Part shown: in pieces, positions 18,573-28,549 of the stretch
How positions within the stretch are numbered: position 1 is the stretch's first letter
Layout: each line of letters starts with the position of its first letter
Source: Candidatus Obscuribacteraceae bacterium
GTDB taxonomy: Bacteria; Cyanobacteriota; Vampirovibrionia; Obscuribacterales; Obscuribacteraceae
Length of the DNA stretch: 64,000 bases
NCBI GenBank assembly: GCA_044226015.1
Contig: JBGAHS010000001.1
Coordinates: 320,001-384,000 of the forward strand
Reading direction: 5' to 3'
Notes under the pieces: generated by a model
What the model was told of the DNA's origin: nothing
What the model saw: the letters and a program-made list of their open reading frames with translations, nothing else
Database searches by the model: none
Position numbers and translations under genes: made by a program

Positions 18573-20321
18573 ATGGAAAATTCGAAAGAGCTTCTTCTGA
18601 AGCATGAAGATACCAAAGGCGCAAATTCAAATGACGATGCTCTGATCAATAAAGTCGCTATGGAGATGATGGGCGGTAGCAGCAGCAACAAAGACCTGAT
18701 GTCTTTCCAGAAAGCTCCAGAAAGTTTGATTGCAAGATATGGCAATGTAACATTGAACGGATTGGGCTATGTACCTGAAGGCGTAGTCAATGCTGTGAAG
18801 GAAAATGTAAATCATCCAGGCAAGGCACTCGCAACGTTAGGCATGGGTGCTGGAATGGCAGTGGTACTGAAGACGGTGCTGCCAGAATCAGGACCTGCAG
18901 GCAAGATTGCCGGAGCAGCACTTGGCGCATACTTTACATACAAAGCTGCTGAGCCAATCATCGATGGATACAAACAAGCAACTCACGCTACTACCATGGC
19001 TCAACTCGACCACGCATCGCGACAAATTGGTAATGCTGGCGGTACCTTTATAGTTGATTCGGCAATTGCCGCAGTCGGTTACAAAGGCGGCGCAGCTCTG
19101 GCCGACAGAGCACTCGCAATGCCAGCCGCGACAGGTTTCAAAATTGCAAGAGAAAACTTCTATGACAACATGGGTGCTCGATTGAACCACTCTCTGGGAA
19201 TCACTTCCGAGTCAGCATTTGTCAAACCGGAAATGCAGGGTGTAGTTCCTCCCTACATGTTGGATGAACTGGCAAAGCGCAATCCCGGAAATTCAGACTT
19301 CCTCAAGACACGTAATCAGACTCTGGAAATGCAAACCAAGGGACACCACGGTCCAAACCAGCCACGAGCCGGACAAGACTTTAAGGGTGCTCGCGAAGTG
19401 TATGATGCGGGCGGTCAGGAAGTTCAACCAGGTACTAAGGTTCGCTTTGAAGGAGAGAAGCCTTCCGGCAATGTGGATGCTGACAAAGTTTATGAATACA
19501 CTGGTCAGATTCGTGAGTTCTACGAAAAAGTTCATGGAAGAAATTCCATTGACGGCAAGGGTATGAAGATGGTTTCGACCGTCAACTACGGCGAAAACTT
19601 CGAGAATGCTTTCTGGGATGGCAAGCAAATGACTTATGGTCGCCCAGGTGAAAATAGCCCCTTCAAGAGCTTCATCTTGCGTGATGTTACCGGGCATGAA
19701 ATCACCCACGGTATCACTGAAATGGAAGCTAACGAAAAGTATTATGGTCAATCTGGTGCATTGAACGAAAGTAACTCTGATATCTATGGCGCGCTGGTAG
19801 ATCAGTACGTCAAAGGTCAGACTGCAGACAAGGCTTCCTGGTTGGTTGGCGAAGGCATATGGAAAGAAAACGTCAAAGGACGTGCATTGCGTGACATGTT
19901 GAATCCAGGTACCGCATACAATGACGCTGCGGTTGGTAAAGACCCACAACCAGCTCACATGGACAAATACGTCAAGACCTGGGGCGACAATGGTGGCGTA
20001 CACATCAACTCTGGTATCCCGAATAAAGCATTTGCTACATTTGCACAATCGGTCGGTGGCAACGCGTGGGAAGCACCAGGGCACATCTGGTTTGAAGCTA
20101 GAAAAGCTGCCGGCAGTAATCCAAGCTTCTCATCATTTGCTGCTCATACGCTCGAAGCTGCAGGCAAGTTGCCTAACGCTGGTGAAGTTGTTCCAAAACT
20201 ACAAGCGGCATGGAAGGGCGTTGGAGTTGTTCCAAATATCAACGCAGTAGACACCATCTCTCCAGGAGCTACCGAAGGTGCCTTGAGCTTCATCGGCAAG
20301 TGGTTCAAGAAAGCTAGCTAA
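18573..20321 (+). CDS. Protealysin-like M4 metallopeptidase paralog with the shared N-terminal domain
   Basis: VPPYML, NAFWDG, HEITH, GALNESNSD, DNGGVHINSGIPN; colinear with 16233..18026; start may be 18567. Confidence 0.93.
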   Translation: MENSKELLLKHEDTKGANSNDDALINKVAMEMMGGSSSNKDLMSFQKAPESLIARYGNVTLNGLGYVPEGVVNAVKENVNHPGKALATLGMGAGMAVVLKTVLPESGPAGKIAGAALGAYFTYKAAEPIIDGYKQATHATTMAQLDHASRQIGNAGGTFIVDSAIAAVGYKGGAALADRALAMPAATGFKIARENFYDNMGARLNHSLGITSESAFVKPEMQGVVPPYMLDELAKRNPGNSDFLKTRNQTLEMQTKGHHGPNQPRAGQDFKGAREVYDAGGQEVQPGTKVRFEGEKPSGNVDADKVYEYTGQIREFYEKVHGRNSIDGKGMKMVSTVNYGENFENAFWDGKQMTYGRPGENSPFKSFILRDVTGHEITHGITEMEANEKYYGQSGALNESNSDIYGALVDQYVKGQTADKASWLVGEGIWKENVKGRALRDMLNPGTAYNDAAVGKDPQPAHMDKYVKTWGDNGGVHINSGIPNKAFATFAQSVGGNAWEAPGHIWFEARKAAGSNPSFSSFAAHTLEAAGKLPNAGEVVPKLQAAWKGVGVVPNINAVDTISPGATEGALSFIGKWFKKAS

Positions 20322-20355
20322 TAGTCCTTGGTCGCCAATCTGGCGGCACAATTAG

Positions 20356-20388
20356 GAAGGGAACTGTACTCCGGTTCCCTTCTTTGTT
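20356..20388 (+). terminator. Intrinsic terminator
   Basis: GAAGGGAACT/GGTTCCCTTC stem plus TTTGTT. Confidence 0.65.
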
Positions 20389-20689
20389 CATTGTGCAATT
20401 GAGTGAACCGCTTCCCGGCATCAATTTTTTTTGCTGCATCCAGTCCAATATTTCTAGTATCTGAACAAGGCGTCTGGCTTTCACAAAACTTGCTGGAAGC
20501 AGAATTTGTTCCTAAGTTACTGAAAGTGAGAAAAGGATATCCTGTGTATATGCGGTTTTCCGCACTGATCCCGCTTTCTGTGAGTTTCAGTTTCTGGACT
20601 CGGAGGCGCTTCCCCATTAAATTCGAAGTAGATTTATTCGGGGTAGGCAGAGGCACATACAAAGTCTTTGCACAGGAATCGAGTTAAGT

Positions 20690-23116
20690 ATGGAAGCGAA
20701 CGAGAGAGACCAGAACAAGGTAAGCGATCACAAAAATGAAGCAAATCGAGGTGAGCAAGATTCGCTGATTAACAAGGTTGCACGAGAAAGCTTGGGCGAA
20801 AATCCTGGGAGGCTATTGACCTTTCAGAGCGCGCCCGATAATACGCTAGTTCGCTACGGCATAGTTTCCATTAACGGATTGGAGAACATCCCTAAAGGCG
20901 TTGTTCATTCGATTTCTCATAACATCAAAAATCCACTTCATGCCTTAGAGACCGCTGGTACAGCAGCTGGAATGGCGGTTGTTTTGAAAACGGTGCTGCC
21001 GGAGGGAGGAATCGCAGGCAAGTTGGCTGGTGCAGCCATAGGTGCATATTTTACGTACAAAGCCGCAGAACCAATTTTTGGTGCTTACAAAATCGCGCAC
21101 AATGCCACCACGATGTCTCAGCTAGATTTCGCGTCTAAGCAGATAGGTGAAGCTGGTGGTGCTTTCATTGTTGATTCTGCAATCGCTGCTGCGGGTTACA
21201 AGCTAGGGTCACATTACACAGAACGAGTCCTTAGCAGTCAATCGATGGATGGCTTCTCTGATGCAAAAGCGAATTTTTATTCCAGGCTTGGCGAGAGCGG
21301 TAAACGGTTTACTGACAGCTTAGGTGTCACCGCGCCCGACCAGAGTGGTCGGTATTCCTTTAAGAGTTCTGATGGATTGTCCAGCCGTGTTCGTTTGGGA
21401 GCCTCCGAGAGAACCGCTCCTAATGGAGTGTTGAAGGGTGAGCTGGACCCGACTGTTGAGATGGATGTCACCGTCATGCTCAAATCAAAAGGAAGCGATT
21501 TGCGTATGGATCGCACCCTTGCTCGAATTGCACAGGGGCGACAGGCGCCTTTGACAGAAGCACAATTTACCGAGCAATTTTCTGCAAAACCCGAGTCATT
21601 AAAAGCTGTGAGCCAGTTTGCTGAAACTAACGGATTGAAAGTCACTGAGTCAGACTTGCGTTCTGGTCGCGTTGTTTTGCACGGAAAAGTTGGCGATTTT
21701 TCAAACGCTTTTGAAACCAGGCTTGCCCAATATGAAAATTCAGGTTCAGTGTTTCGTGGACGCGAAGGTAGTTTGTCCGTGCCCTCAGATGTAGCTACAC
21801 ATATCGAGGGAGTTTTAGGGATGGACAATCGTCCTCAAGCGAGATCTTACGCAATAAGCAATTTGATAGAAGCGGAAAGACCGGCGATAAATAAGCTTGT
21901 GAATCCGAAAGGACCTGGTGATGTGCCTCCTTCCGGACCAACTCCGACTGAGCCAGGTCCCTCATTACCCAACGCTAAGCGTGGTGGTGTCATGCCAAAT
22001 GAAGTGGCTGATGCCTACAATTTTCCAAAGCAAACTACGGGTGAAGGTCAGGCAGTGGCGATTATTGAGCTTGGCGGCGGGCTTGATAAGGCTGAAAACA
22101 CTAAATACTACCAGCAGAATTCTTTGCCAGAGCCGAAGATCAATATTATTGAAATGAACGGAGTGAAGAACAAGCCTGGAATAGACTCAAGAGCAGACGC
22201 CGAAGTTCATTTGGATTCCCAGGTTATTGGTGTTGTCGCTTCTAAAGCTGAGCAGAATTTGATTTTTACTGAGAACTCAGACAAGGGGTTTATTGACGCT
22301 ATTACTCGTGCAACTTTCCCCGAGCCTGGTGATAAGCCCAGCTCAGCAATTAGCATAAGTTGGGGTGCGCCTGAAGAACTCTGGTCAAAACAGGGCATGG
22401 AAGGAATGAGTACTGCCTTGAAAAAGGCTGCACTCAAAGGTCTTTCGGTCTTCGCGGCGTCTGGAGATGATGGCGCTATCGACAATTCACGTTCTGGAAG
22501 TTTTCAGGTTGATTTTCCGGCATCTGAGCCTACCGTCACCGGCACTGGTGGCACCAGGCTGAATTTGAAAGATGGCGCTGTTGAGTCCGAAGTCGCCTGG
22601 AACAACGGCAGCAACAGCTCAGGTGGTGGTGGCGTTAGCCAGCAGTTCTCTATTCCCGAATATCAAAAGGGTGTAAATATTCCTGCCAATGCAAACAGAA
22701 GCGGCGGGGCCGGTCGTGGTGTTCCGGATGTTGCTGGAAATGCAGACCCCGTGACGGGCTATCGCATAAGAGTACCCGGCGGAGATTCGGTCACCGGCGG
22801 AACAAGCGCAGTTGCTCCACTATACGCTGCACTGACCATGCGTTTGAATGAAAGCCTCGGAAAACCGATTGGTAGTTTGAATCCGTGGCTCTACAAAAAT
22901 ACTGGAATATTCAACGACATTGTTCAAGGACACAATAATGGCTATAAGACTGCACCTGGTTGGGACGCAGTGACTGGTTGGGGATCGATCGATGGAACGA
23001 AAATGTTGGAAACATTGAAAACAAATCCGAATGTGAACCCCAGCTTTGGTCAATTTCAGTTTGTTGGTCCAAGTCAGGCTAACCTGCTTTCTCCACCAGA
23101 TCAAAGCCGTAAATAG
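20690..23116 (+). CDS. Kumamolisin/sedolisin-like S53 peptidase (with pro-domain) fused to the shared N-terminal domain
   Basis: Pro-domain, AIIELGGG, EVHLD (Glu/Asp), ISISWG, ASGDDG, RGVPDVAGNADP, GGTSA (Ser), GWDAVTGWGS. Confidence 0.93.
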   Translation: MEANERDQNKVSDHKNEANRGEQDSLINKVARESLGENPGRLLTFQSAPDNTLVRYGIVSINGLENIPKGVVHSISHNIKNPLHALETAGTAAGMAVVLKTVLPEGGIAGKLAGAAIGAYFTYKAAEPIFGAYKIAHNATTMSQLDFASKQIGEAGGAFIVDSAIAAAGYKLGSHYTERVLSSQSMDGFSDAKANFYSRLGESGKRFTDSLGVTAPDQSGRYSFKSSDGLSSRVRLGASERTAPNGVLKGELDPTVEMDVTVMLKSKGSDLRMDRTLARIAQGRQAPLTEAQFTEQFSAKPESLKAVSQFAETNGLKVTESDLRSGRVVLHGKVGDFSNAFETRLAQYENSGSVFRGREGSLSVPSDVATHIEGVLGMDNRPQARSYAISNLIEAERPAINKLVNPKGPGDVPPSGPTPTEPGPSLPNAKRGGVMPNEVADAYNFPKQTTGEGQAVAIIELGGGLDKAENTKYYQQNSLPEPKINIIEMNGVKNKPGIDSRADAEVHLDSQVIGVVASKAEQNLIFTENSDKGFIDAITRATFPEPGDKPSSAISISWGAPEELWSKQGMEGMSTALKKAALKGLSVFAASGDDGAIDNSRSGSFQVDFPASEPTVTGTGGTRLNLKDGAVESEVAWNNGSNSSGGGGVSQQFSIPEYQKGVNIPANANRSGGAGRGVPDVAGNADPVTGYRIRVPGGDSVTGGTSAVAPLYAALTMRLNESLGKPIGSLNPWLYKNTGIFNDIVQGHNNGYKTAPGWDAVTGWGSIDGTKMLETLKTNPNVNPSFGQFQFVGPSQANLLSPPDQSRK

Positions 23117-23207
23117 GGATGATTCTCTATCACTAGTCAATCTTGCGATCTTGCCAGAAGAATCGTCTAGAAAAATACGAAGTCAGATTTTGCTGGACAA
23201 TGTCGAC

Positions 23208-23237
23208 AAAAAGGGCGGTTCGAAAACCGCCCGAAAA
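23208..23237. terminator. Hairpin between convergent genes (T tract on the minus strand)
   Basis: AAAAA-GGGCGGTT/AACCGCCC. Confidence 0.6.
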
Positions 23238-23288
23238 GTCTCGGTGAATAATTTTTCCCGCTTGCTCAGCGAATGTGCCCGTTGGTTT

Positions 23289-23582
23289 TTAGCTGGCGAT
23301 GCAAATCATTGCGCCGAGTATGGCTGACGAAATGGCTCCCAGAGCAACTGTTGTTTTCAGTTTGCCTCTTACCCCTGCACCCAGCATGGGCAGCGCCAGG
23401 CAAGCAATTGTCAGCATTCCAGCGCTTACAATTGCGCTTGGTGTATACGGTACGTAGACGTTTCCAGCTTCGACGCATTTTGCCAGAGCAAATCCAAGCG
23501 CGAGCATGCCCGCGAACGATCCCGTCGCGATTACAACTCCCTTTGGAAGATTCCCTTCGTTTAGTGCCATTGCGTTTGACAT
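23289..23582 (-). CDS. Small membrane protein (3 TM)
   Basis: 97 aa with three hydrophobic segments; AAGGGA SD. Confidence 0.65.
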   Translation of the reverse strand: MSNAMALNEGNLPKGVVIATGSFAGMLALGFALAKCVEAGNVYVPYTPSAIVSAGMLTIACLALPMLGAGVRGKLKTTVALGAISSAILGAMICIAS

Positions 23583-23782
23583 AATGCAAATCCCTTTTGT
23601 TCTTAACCTTGACCCTATTGTAATGTTGAAAAGGGTTTTCTGCCTATTCTTGAAAACTTTCCAATCTACCAGTAGTCGGCTTTTTCGAGGTTCTGCTTTG
23701 GACAAAATGCAGTGTTTTTACTGGAGTCTTCTGCCTGAAGGTCTTGATAAACTTGCTGCTATTGGAAGCTGGGAGTTATGAA

Positions 23783-25564
23783 ATGAAGCGAATACGCCGG
23801 TTTGCTTGTGCCGCCATTCTTTCGTGCACGTTGTCGATGAACTTTAATTTAGCGAATGCGGAAAAGCCACAAGCTCTAAGTGCGCTGGCCCAGATGCCTG
23901 TGAAGGAAGTAACTGTCTTCAAAGACGGGCACGCCTTCGTCATGCACGAAGGAAAAATGCCTACCGATGAGCAGGGCGATGTGTTGATGGATTACTTGCC
24001 TGCACCTGTCTTGGGCACGTTCTGGTCGTATTCGCTGGAGAAAGATGCCAAATTGAGTTCAGTTCTTGCTAGTAGGCATAAGGTTCTTGTGCCGCAGAGT
24101 GCCTTAAGAGTGGCCGAGTTTATTCGGGCTAATCCCGGTGCGCAAGTCGAGGTAGTAGAAGTTCGAAATCGCGGCTCTGCTAACGCCAGCACGATAACCT
24201 ATGATGCACAAATTGTAGGAACGCCAGAACGCAGCTCAGAAGAAATTGAGTCCACCTTGCCTCCAAACTCTGGTGAGCATTTACCGGAATACGGCGATTG
24301 TGTCTTGCTGAAGACAGCCGCTGGAGTCGCTCCTGTGCCATTGCAAAACATCGAATACGTCACATTCAAATCAGGTTTTCAATCGAAACTATCCAACGAG
24401 GAGTTTCGAAATCTTTTGCGTTTGAGATTGGATTGGTCAGGAAAGTCCGCAAGCAAGAATGCAGAAGTCGGAATGGCTTACTTGCAGTCAGGCATGCGTT
24501 GGATTCCCGAATACAGAATAAACATAGATGGGGCTGGGAATGCTCAATTGCGCTTGCAAGCGACATTGGTGAACGACCTTACTGATTTGAAAGATGTGGT
24601 ATGTCACTTCGTAGTGGGTGTGCCGTCGTTCTCTTTCAAGGACCAGGTCGACCCAATTTCATTGCAAGAAACAATAGTCAATGTTGCCTCTCATGCAAAT
24701 GGTTATGCCATGCAAAATCGCCTGTCGAACGCCATTATGAGCCAATCAGTGCAGTATGCCGACATGTCCTCAGTAGAGCCTGCGGCAAGCAGCACGCCAG
24801 AACTTAGTGGCTCGGCAAAAAATGAAGACCTTTATGTCTTCACCGTAAAACATGTCAGCTTGCGGAAGGGACAACGAATGGTTGTGCCTGTTTACGAGAC
24901 AACTCTAAAATACAAAGATATTTATACGCTGAACCTTCCATTCAGTCCGCCACCAGATGTGGTGCGTAATTTTAATCAGTCGCAGCAAAGCGAAATCGAA
25001 CGGATGTTGAAGGCTCCTAAATTTGTGCACAAGATAAGGCTTATGAATAAGTCCGATTACCCGCTGACCACGGCGCCTGCTTTGTTATTGAGAGATGATA
25101 AAGTTTTGGCGCAAGGCATGACTACTTATACAGCCGCAGGTGCAAAGAGTGATTTGACCTTAACTACCGCTGTAGATTTGAAAGTGAAGAAGCAGGACAA
25201 GGAAACGTCGCGTACACCAAATGCAGTGTCGTGGCAGGGCGATCAATATGGACGAATTGATTTGAGTGGTACTGTTAGTGTGACCAATTTTGGATCTAAC
25301 CCAGCCGATATTGAAGTGACACGCTTTGTGCTTGGCAAAACCGGTAAGGCAAGCAACGATGGCGTTTCCGAGATGGTGAATGTGTTTGAAGATTATGAGT
25401 TCTTGCCAGATGGAGGAAGTATTTATCCTGTCTGGTGGAGCTGGTACAACTGGCCCAATTGGTGGAGTCGAGTTAATGGGGTCGGCAAAATAAGTTGGAA
25501 CAAAACAATTGCACCGAAAGAGTCAATTGATCTCAACTATAACTGGAGCTACTTCTGGCGTTAG
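23783..25564 (+). CDS. Exported DUF4139/DUF4140-like protein
   Basis: Signal peptide; VKEVTVFKDGHAFV, YLQSGMRWIPEYRI, VSLRKGQ and PLTTAPA segments resemble DUF4139. Confidence 0.65.
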   Translation: MKRIRRFACAAILSCTLSMNFNLANAEKPQALSALAQMPVKEVTVFKDGHAFVMHEGKMPTDEQGDVLMDYLPAPVLGTFWSYSLEKDAKLSSVLASRHKVLVPQSALRVAEFIRANPGAQVEVVEVRNRGSANASTITYDAQIVGTPERSSEEIESTLPPNSGEHLPEYGDCVLLKTAAGVAPVPLQNIEYVTFKSGFQSKLSNEEFRNLLRLRLDWSGKSASKNAEVGMAYLQSGMRWIPEYRINIDGAGNAQLRLQATLVNDLTDLKDVVCHFVVGVPSFSFKDQVDPISLQETIVNVASHANGYAMQNRLSNAIMSQSVQYADMSSVEPAASSTPELSGSAKNEDLYVFTVKHVSLRKGQRMVVPVYETTLKYKDIYTLNLPFSPPPDVVRNFNQSQQSEIERMLKAPKFVHKIRLMNKSDYPLTTAPALLLRDDKVLAQGMTTYTAAGAKSDLTLTTAVDLKVKKQDKETSRTPNAVSWQGDQYGRIDLSGTVSVTNFGSNPADIEVTRFVLGKTGKASNDGVSEMVNVFEDYEFLPDGGSIYPVWWSWYNWPNWWSRVNGVGKISWNKTIAPKESIDLNYNWSYFWR

Positions 25565-25580
25565 ACGCAGATCCCTTAAG

Positions 25581-26249
25581 CTATTTGATGAAGTACATCT
25601 TGTTTGGTAGCTTTTCACAGTCTTCGGCATGCCCGCCAGCAAGATCGGAATATTGATCGCCAATTGAAACTACGATCTTAAATCCCATATCCTCTATCTG
25701 TTTTCGAAAATTAGTTTTCATAACAGTCGCTGGACTGCTGTCATTGTCTGGTCTCATATAAAGTCCGTCATATGAAATGCCAGCGCCAATCAAATTATTA
25801 ATGGTTGAGCGACGGTCACTTTCATTCCTTCCGGTAATAAAGAAAATTGCAAACCCGTTCTTTCGAGCCCAGCTAAGAAATTCAGCGGTAGGCTTAAGAG
25901 GAGTGTCCTTTTCAGAGTCCAGCCATTTGTCCCAATCGGCCCAACCAGATTGTGGGTGTGCTTTGAAGTAAGCGCTATTGTCCAGGCAGGTTTCGTCGAT
26001 ATCGGATACGATTGCCAGATTTTTCTCACCCTTGTGTTTTTCACAAACCTTTCTTGCAGAAGCAACTGCGGCAGAAAACTCCTTCTTATACTCTGGAGTC
26101 TTCATGTACTTTAGCCCGTCTTCAATCGTGAATGTGTTTGGCTGCTCAGGCACTTTTACATCCGAGCATGGGCAAGCTATCGTTGCCGCAGCAATAAGAT
26201 TGCTCGCGATTACAGCGATACTAAATGCGGTGCTGAGAGACTTCATCAC
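25581..26249 (-). CDS. Secreted HAD-family acid phosphatase (class IIIB)
   Basis: DIDET, ITGR, K, IGDQYSDL, KLPNKMY motifs; signal peptide. Confidence 0.93.
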   Translation of the reverse strand: MMKSLSTAFSIAVIASNLIAAATIACPCSDVKVPEQPNTFTIEDGLKYMKTPEYKKEFSAAVASARKVCEKHKGEKNLAIVSDIDETCLDNSAYFKAHPQSGWADWDKWLDSEKDTPLKPTAEFLSWARKNGFAIFFITGRNESDRRSTINNLIGAGISYDGLYMRPDNDSSPATVMKTNFRKQIEDMGFKIVVSIGDQYSDLAGGHAEDCEKLPNKMYFIK

Positions 26250-26287
26250 TAATCTCCATCGTCAGAATTGAGGAGATTATTGTACTG

Positions 26288-26953
26288 CTATTTCTTTTTT
26301 TTCGCCGAGCGATGTGTAAGAACGTCGAACTTATTATCTTTGCTATTCCAAACGATTGAAATGACTGATTTCTCGGACTGTCCAGCTCCAGTCTCATTTA
26401 TTACCGAAGGTCCACCAATCTGGGTGACATTGACATTTGAGCGTTGTGCGCGACCGCCAGTATCAATCATTAGAGCTTTACTATCCTTATCCCACCGGGT
26501 TGAGACGATATTTGTGGCGTTTGGCAAAAGTTCATGCAAAAGCACTTTTTGCTTGCCATCGTCGTCAGCAGTTGTGATTAGAATATAGAACTCCTTGCCA
26601 AGCATCATTTTAGGGTTGTCTTTTTCCAGGATGACGGCTTCATCCGTCCGCCCGTCTCCATTGAAATCACCGCTGAAGAGGCGTCCATCCTTATATATTT
26701 CCAGCTTTTCTTTGTGCCAGAGATCGATGCAGACCTGGTCTAAGCCGCAAAGCCGTTCCGAGCCGTCGCCATTTAAGGGGTCTAGCATTGCCTTGTAGAG
26801 GTCAAAGTCAAAGACCTTTTCTTGAGCCTGGCTAGCGCCAGCGCCGGAAGGGCTCGGTGAAGCAGCTTCCTCGGCATAGCTTCTGCCGCAGGTAATCAGC
26901 GCCAACATTGCGACGCTCAGGCTGATGGATTTTGCGAGTCTCATAGTAAACAT
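26288..26953 (-). CDS. Exported hypothetical protein with an FG-GAP-like DxDxDG motif
   Basis: Signal peptide; GDFNGDGRTDEAV. Confidence 0.7.
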   Translation of the reverse strand: MFTMRLAKSISLSVAMLALITCGRSYAEEAASPSPSGAGASQAQEKVFDFDLYKAMLDPLNGDGSERLCGLDQVCIDLWHKEKLEIYKDGRLFSGDFNGDGRTDEAVILEKDNPKMMLGKEFYILITTADDDGKQKVLLHELLPNATNIVSTRWDKDSKALMIDTGGRAQRSNVNVTQIGGPSVINETGAGQSEKSVISIVWNSKDNKFDVLTHRSAKKKK

Positions 26954-27102
26954 CCGATAAGGTCCACAATATCAATTTTACAGAAAACCTTCGATTGCGG
27001 TAGCATCCATGACCAAAGTTGGATTGACATCATGACTATGAGAGAATTAAGCTGAGTTAAAGACTCTTTTGAGTCATTTGCACCATTGGTGGTATCAAAA
27101 AA

Positions 27103-28455
27103 ATGGATCAGAAGGCGGCGCACGGCAGTGATAAATGGGAGGAGTTGAAAGAGGCTCGAGCCACACTGCAAGCGTTTCTCAATCATCCTCAGTATAGAAA
27201 AACTCAGCGAATCGTTTTTGCTGTCTGTATAATTTGGGCTGCTTGCATTGTCGCGCAAAGTATTCCCTATTACATTTATATCCAGGAAGGTAAGAAGGCT
27301 GCGCTTTCTGGAAAGTTCGAGCAAGCTGAAGAGTTGTTCAATTCTGCTCTGAGTGAATCTAAGAATGACGATCCTACAGATCCCCGCCTGGCAAACGCTT
27401 TGAACAATCTTGGTGAACTCTATCGAAAGCGCGGTCAGTTCTCTAAAGCTGAACCGGTCTATAAGCAGCTTGCAGCTCTTGTCGAAAAGTTGGATAAAAA
27501 GAAGCAAGAACAAGTGATTGGCTTGAACAATATCGCGGCTTTCTACAGAGACAAAGGTGACTTTCAAAAAGCACAGTCCTTGCTTTCAAGAGCGAAAGAT
27601 ATTTGGGAGTCTTCAGTCAAAAAGATGAAGGACCCGAATTATGCCGCAGTGCTTGCGTCTCTGGGAAGGGTCTACAAAGAGCAGGGGCGATACTCAGAAT
27701 CTGAGCAGCTCTACAAGCAAGCCGTGGAAATAAGAGAAGCAGCTCAGGGCAAAAATCATGTCGATGTAGCTTCAGTGCTAGTAAGCCTCTCTGGGCTTTA
27801 CAGGAAAGAAGCGAAGTATGCTGAGGCAGAGCAAATTCTTGTGCGTGCCTTTCAAATTGATTCCGCTGAGCTGGGATTGCAGCATCCAGACACTGCCGCC
27901 GATGAAGCTGCTCTTGCTGGACTTTATCGCGAAACTCACAGGTACAAAGAAGCTGAACCTCTCTATGTGCAGTCGTTAAATACCCGTCGATTGCTACTCG
28001 GAGACAATCCGCAGACTGCAAAGAGTTTGCTCGGTCTGGGCGAGTTATACAAAGAAGAGAAGAAATTTGCGCTGGCGGAAAAGTTTGTACTGGAAGCACT
28101 TCAAATGGACAAAACCGTTTTTGGTAGTGATAAGCACCCCGACTGCGCCGATTGCTACAACTCGCTTAGCCAGATTTATCTTGCAGAGGGCAAGCGGGCT
28201 CAGGCTGAGCAAAGCATTGAACGTTGTTTGCAGCTGCGAAATGAGTTCTTGCCGCCCACGCACCCTGATATTGCAGAGTCATTGTTCAATAAGGCTGAGA
28301 TTCTGCGCGCTGATGGCAAGATTTCTGAAGCCGCGACCTGCTATGTCGATGCCGAGCGAATACAGGAAAAAGTCCTCGGAAAGGACCACCCGGCTTATCG
28401 CTGCACGATTCAGGCTCTTGAGCTTGTTCACGGCAATCAAAAGCGCCCCGGGTAA
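27103..28455 (+). CDS. Membrane-anchored TPR protein (42-aa kinesin-light-chain-type repeats)
   Basis: One TM segment, then repeats such as LANALNNLGELY and HPDTA, HPDIA. Confidence 0.9.
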   Translation: MDQKAAHGSDKWEELKEARATLQAFLNHPQYRKTQRIVFAVCIIWAACIVAQSIPYYIYIQEGKKAALSGKFEQAEELFNSALSESKNDDPTDPRLANALNNLGELYRKRGQFSKAEPVYKQLAALVEKLDKKKQEQVIGLNNIAAFYRDKGDFQKAQSLLSRAKDIWESSVKKMKDPNYAAVLASLGRVYKEQGRYSESEQLYKQAVEIREAAQGKNHVDVASVLVSLSGLYRKEAKYAEAEQILVRAFQIDSAELGLQHPDTAADEAALAGLYRETHRYKEAEPLYVQSLNTRRLLLGDNPQTAKSLLGLGELYKEEKKFALAEKFVLEALQMDKTVFGSDKHPDCADCYNSLSQIYLAEGKRAQAEQSIERCLQLRNEFLPPTHPDIAESLFNKAEILRADGKISEAATCYVDAERIQEKVLGKDHPAYRCTIQALELVHGNQKRPG

Positions 28456-28549
28456 AGAAGTTCCTCTTAATATATGCTTAGAACGGTCATTTCGGGCTGA
28501 AAAGGTCTTATGATCTCCTTTTGGAATGGCTTTCAACAGGACAGAACGC

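Noticed and set aside
16965..20084. Long antisense ORFs (244 and 263 aa) opposite the M4 genes, and similar ones opposite apbC and the 58152 TPR gene
   Set aside because: They fully overlap well-supported genes and have no recognisable motifs; they are consistent with shadow ORFs.
23783..25564. DUF4139-like gene as part of the protease effector system
   Set aside because: Only proximity supports a link; it has its own signal peptide and is separated by a terminator and an opposite-strand gene.
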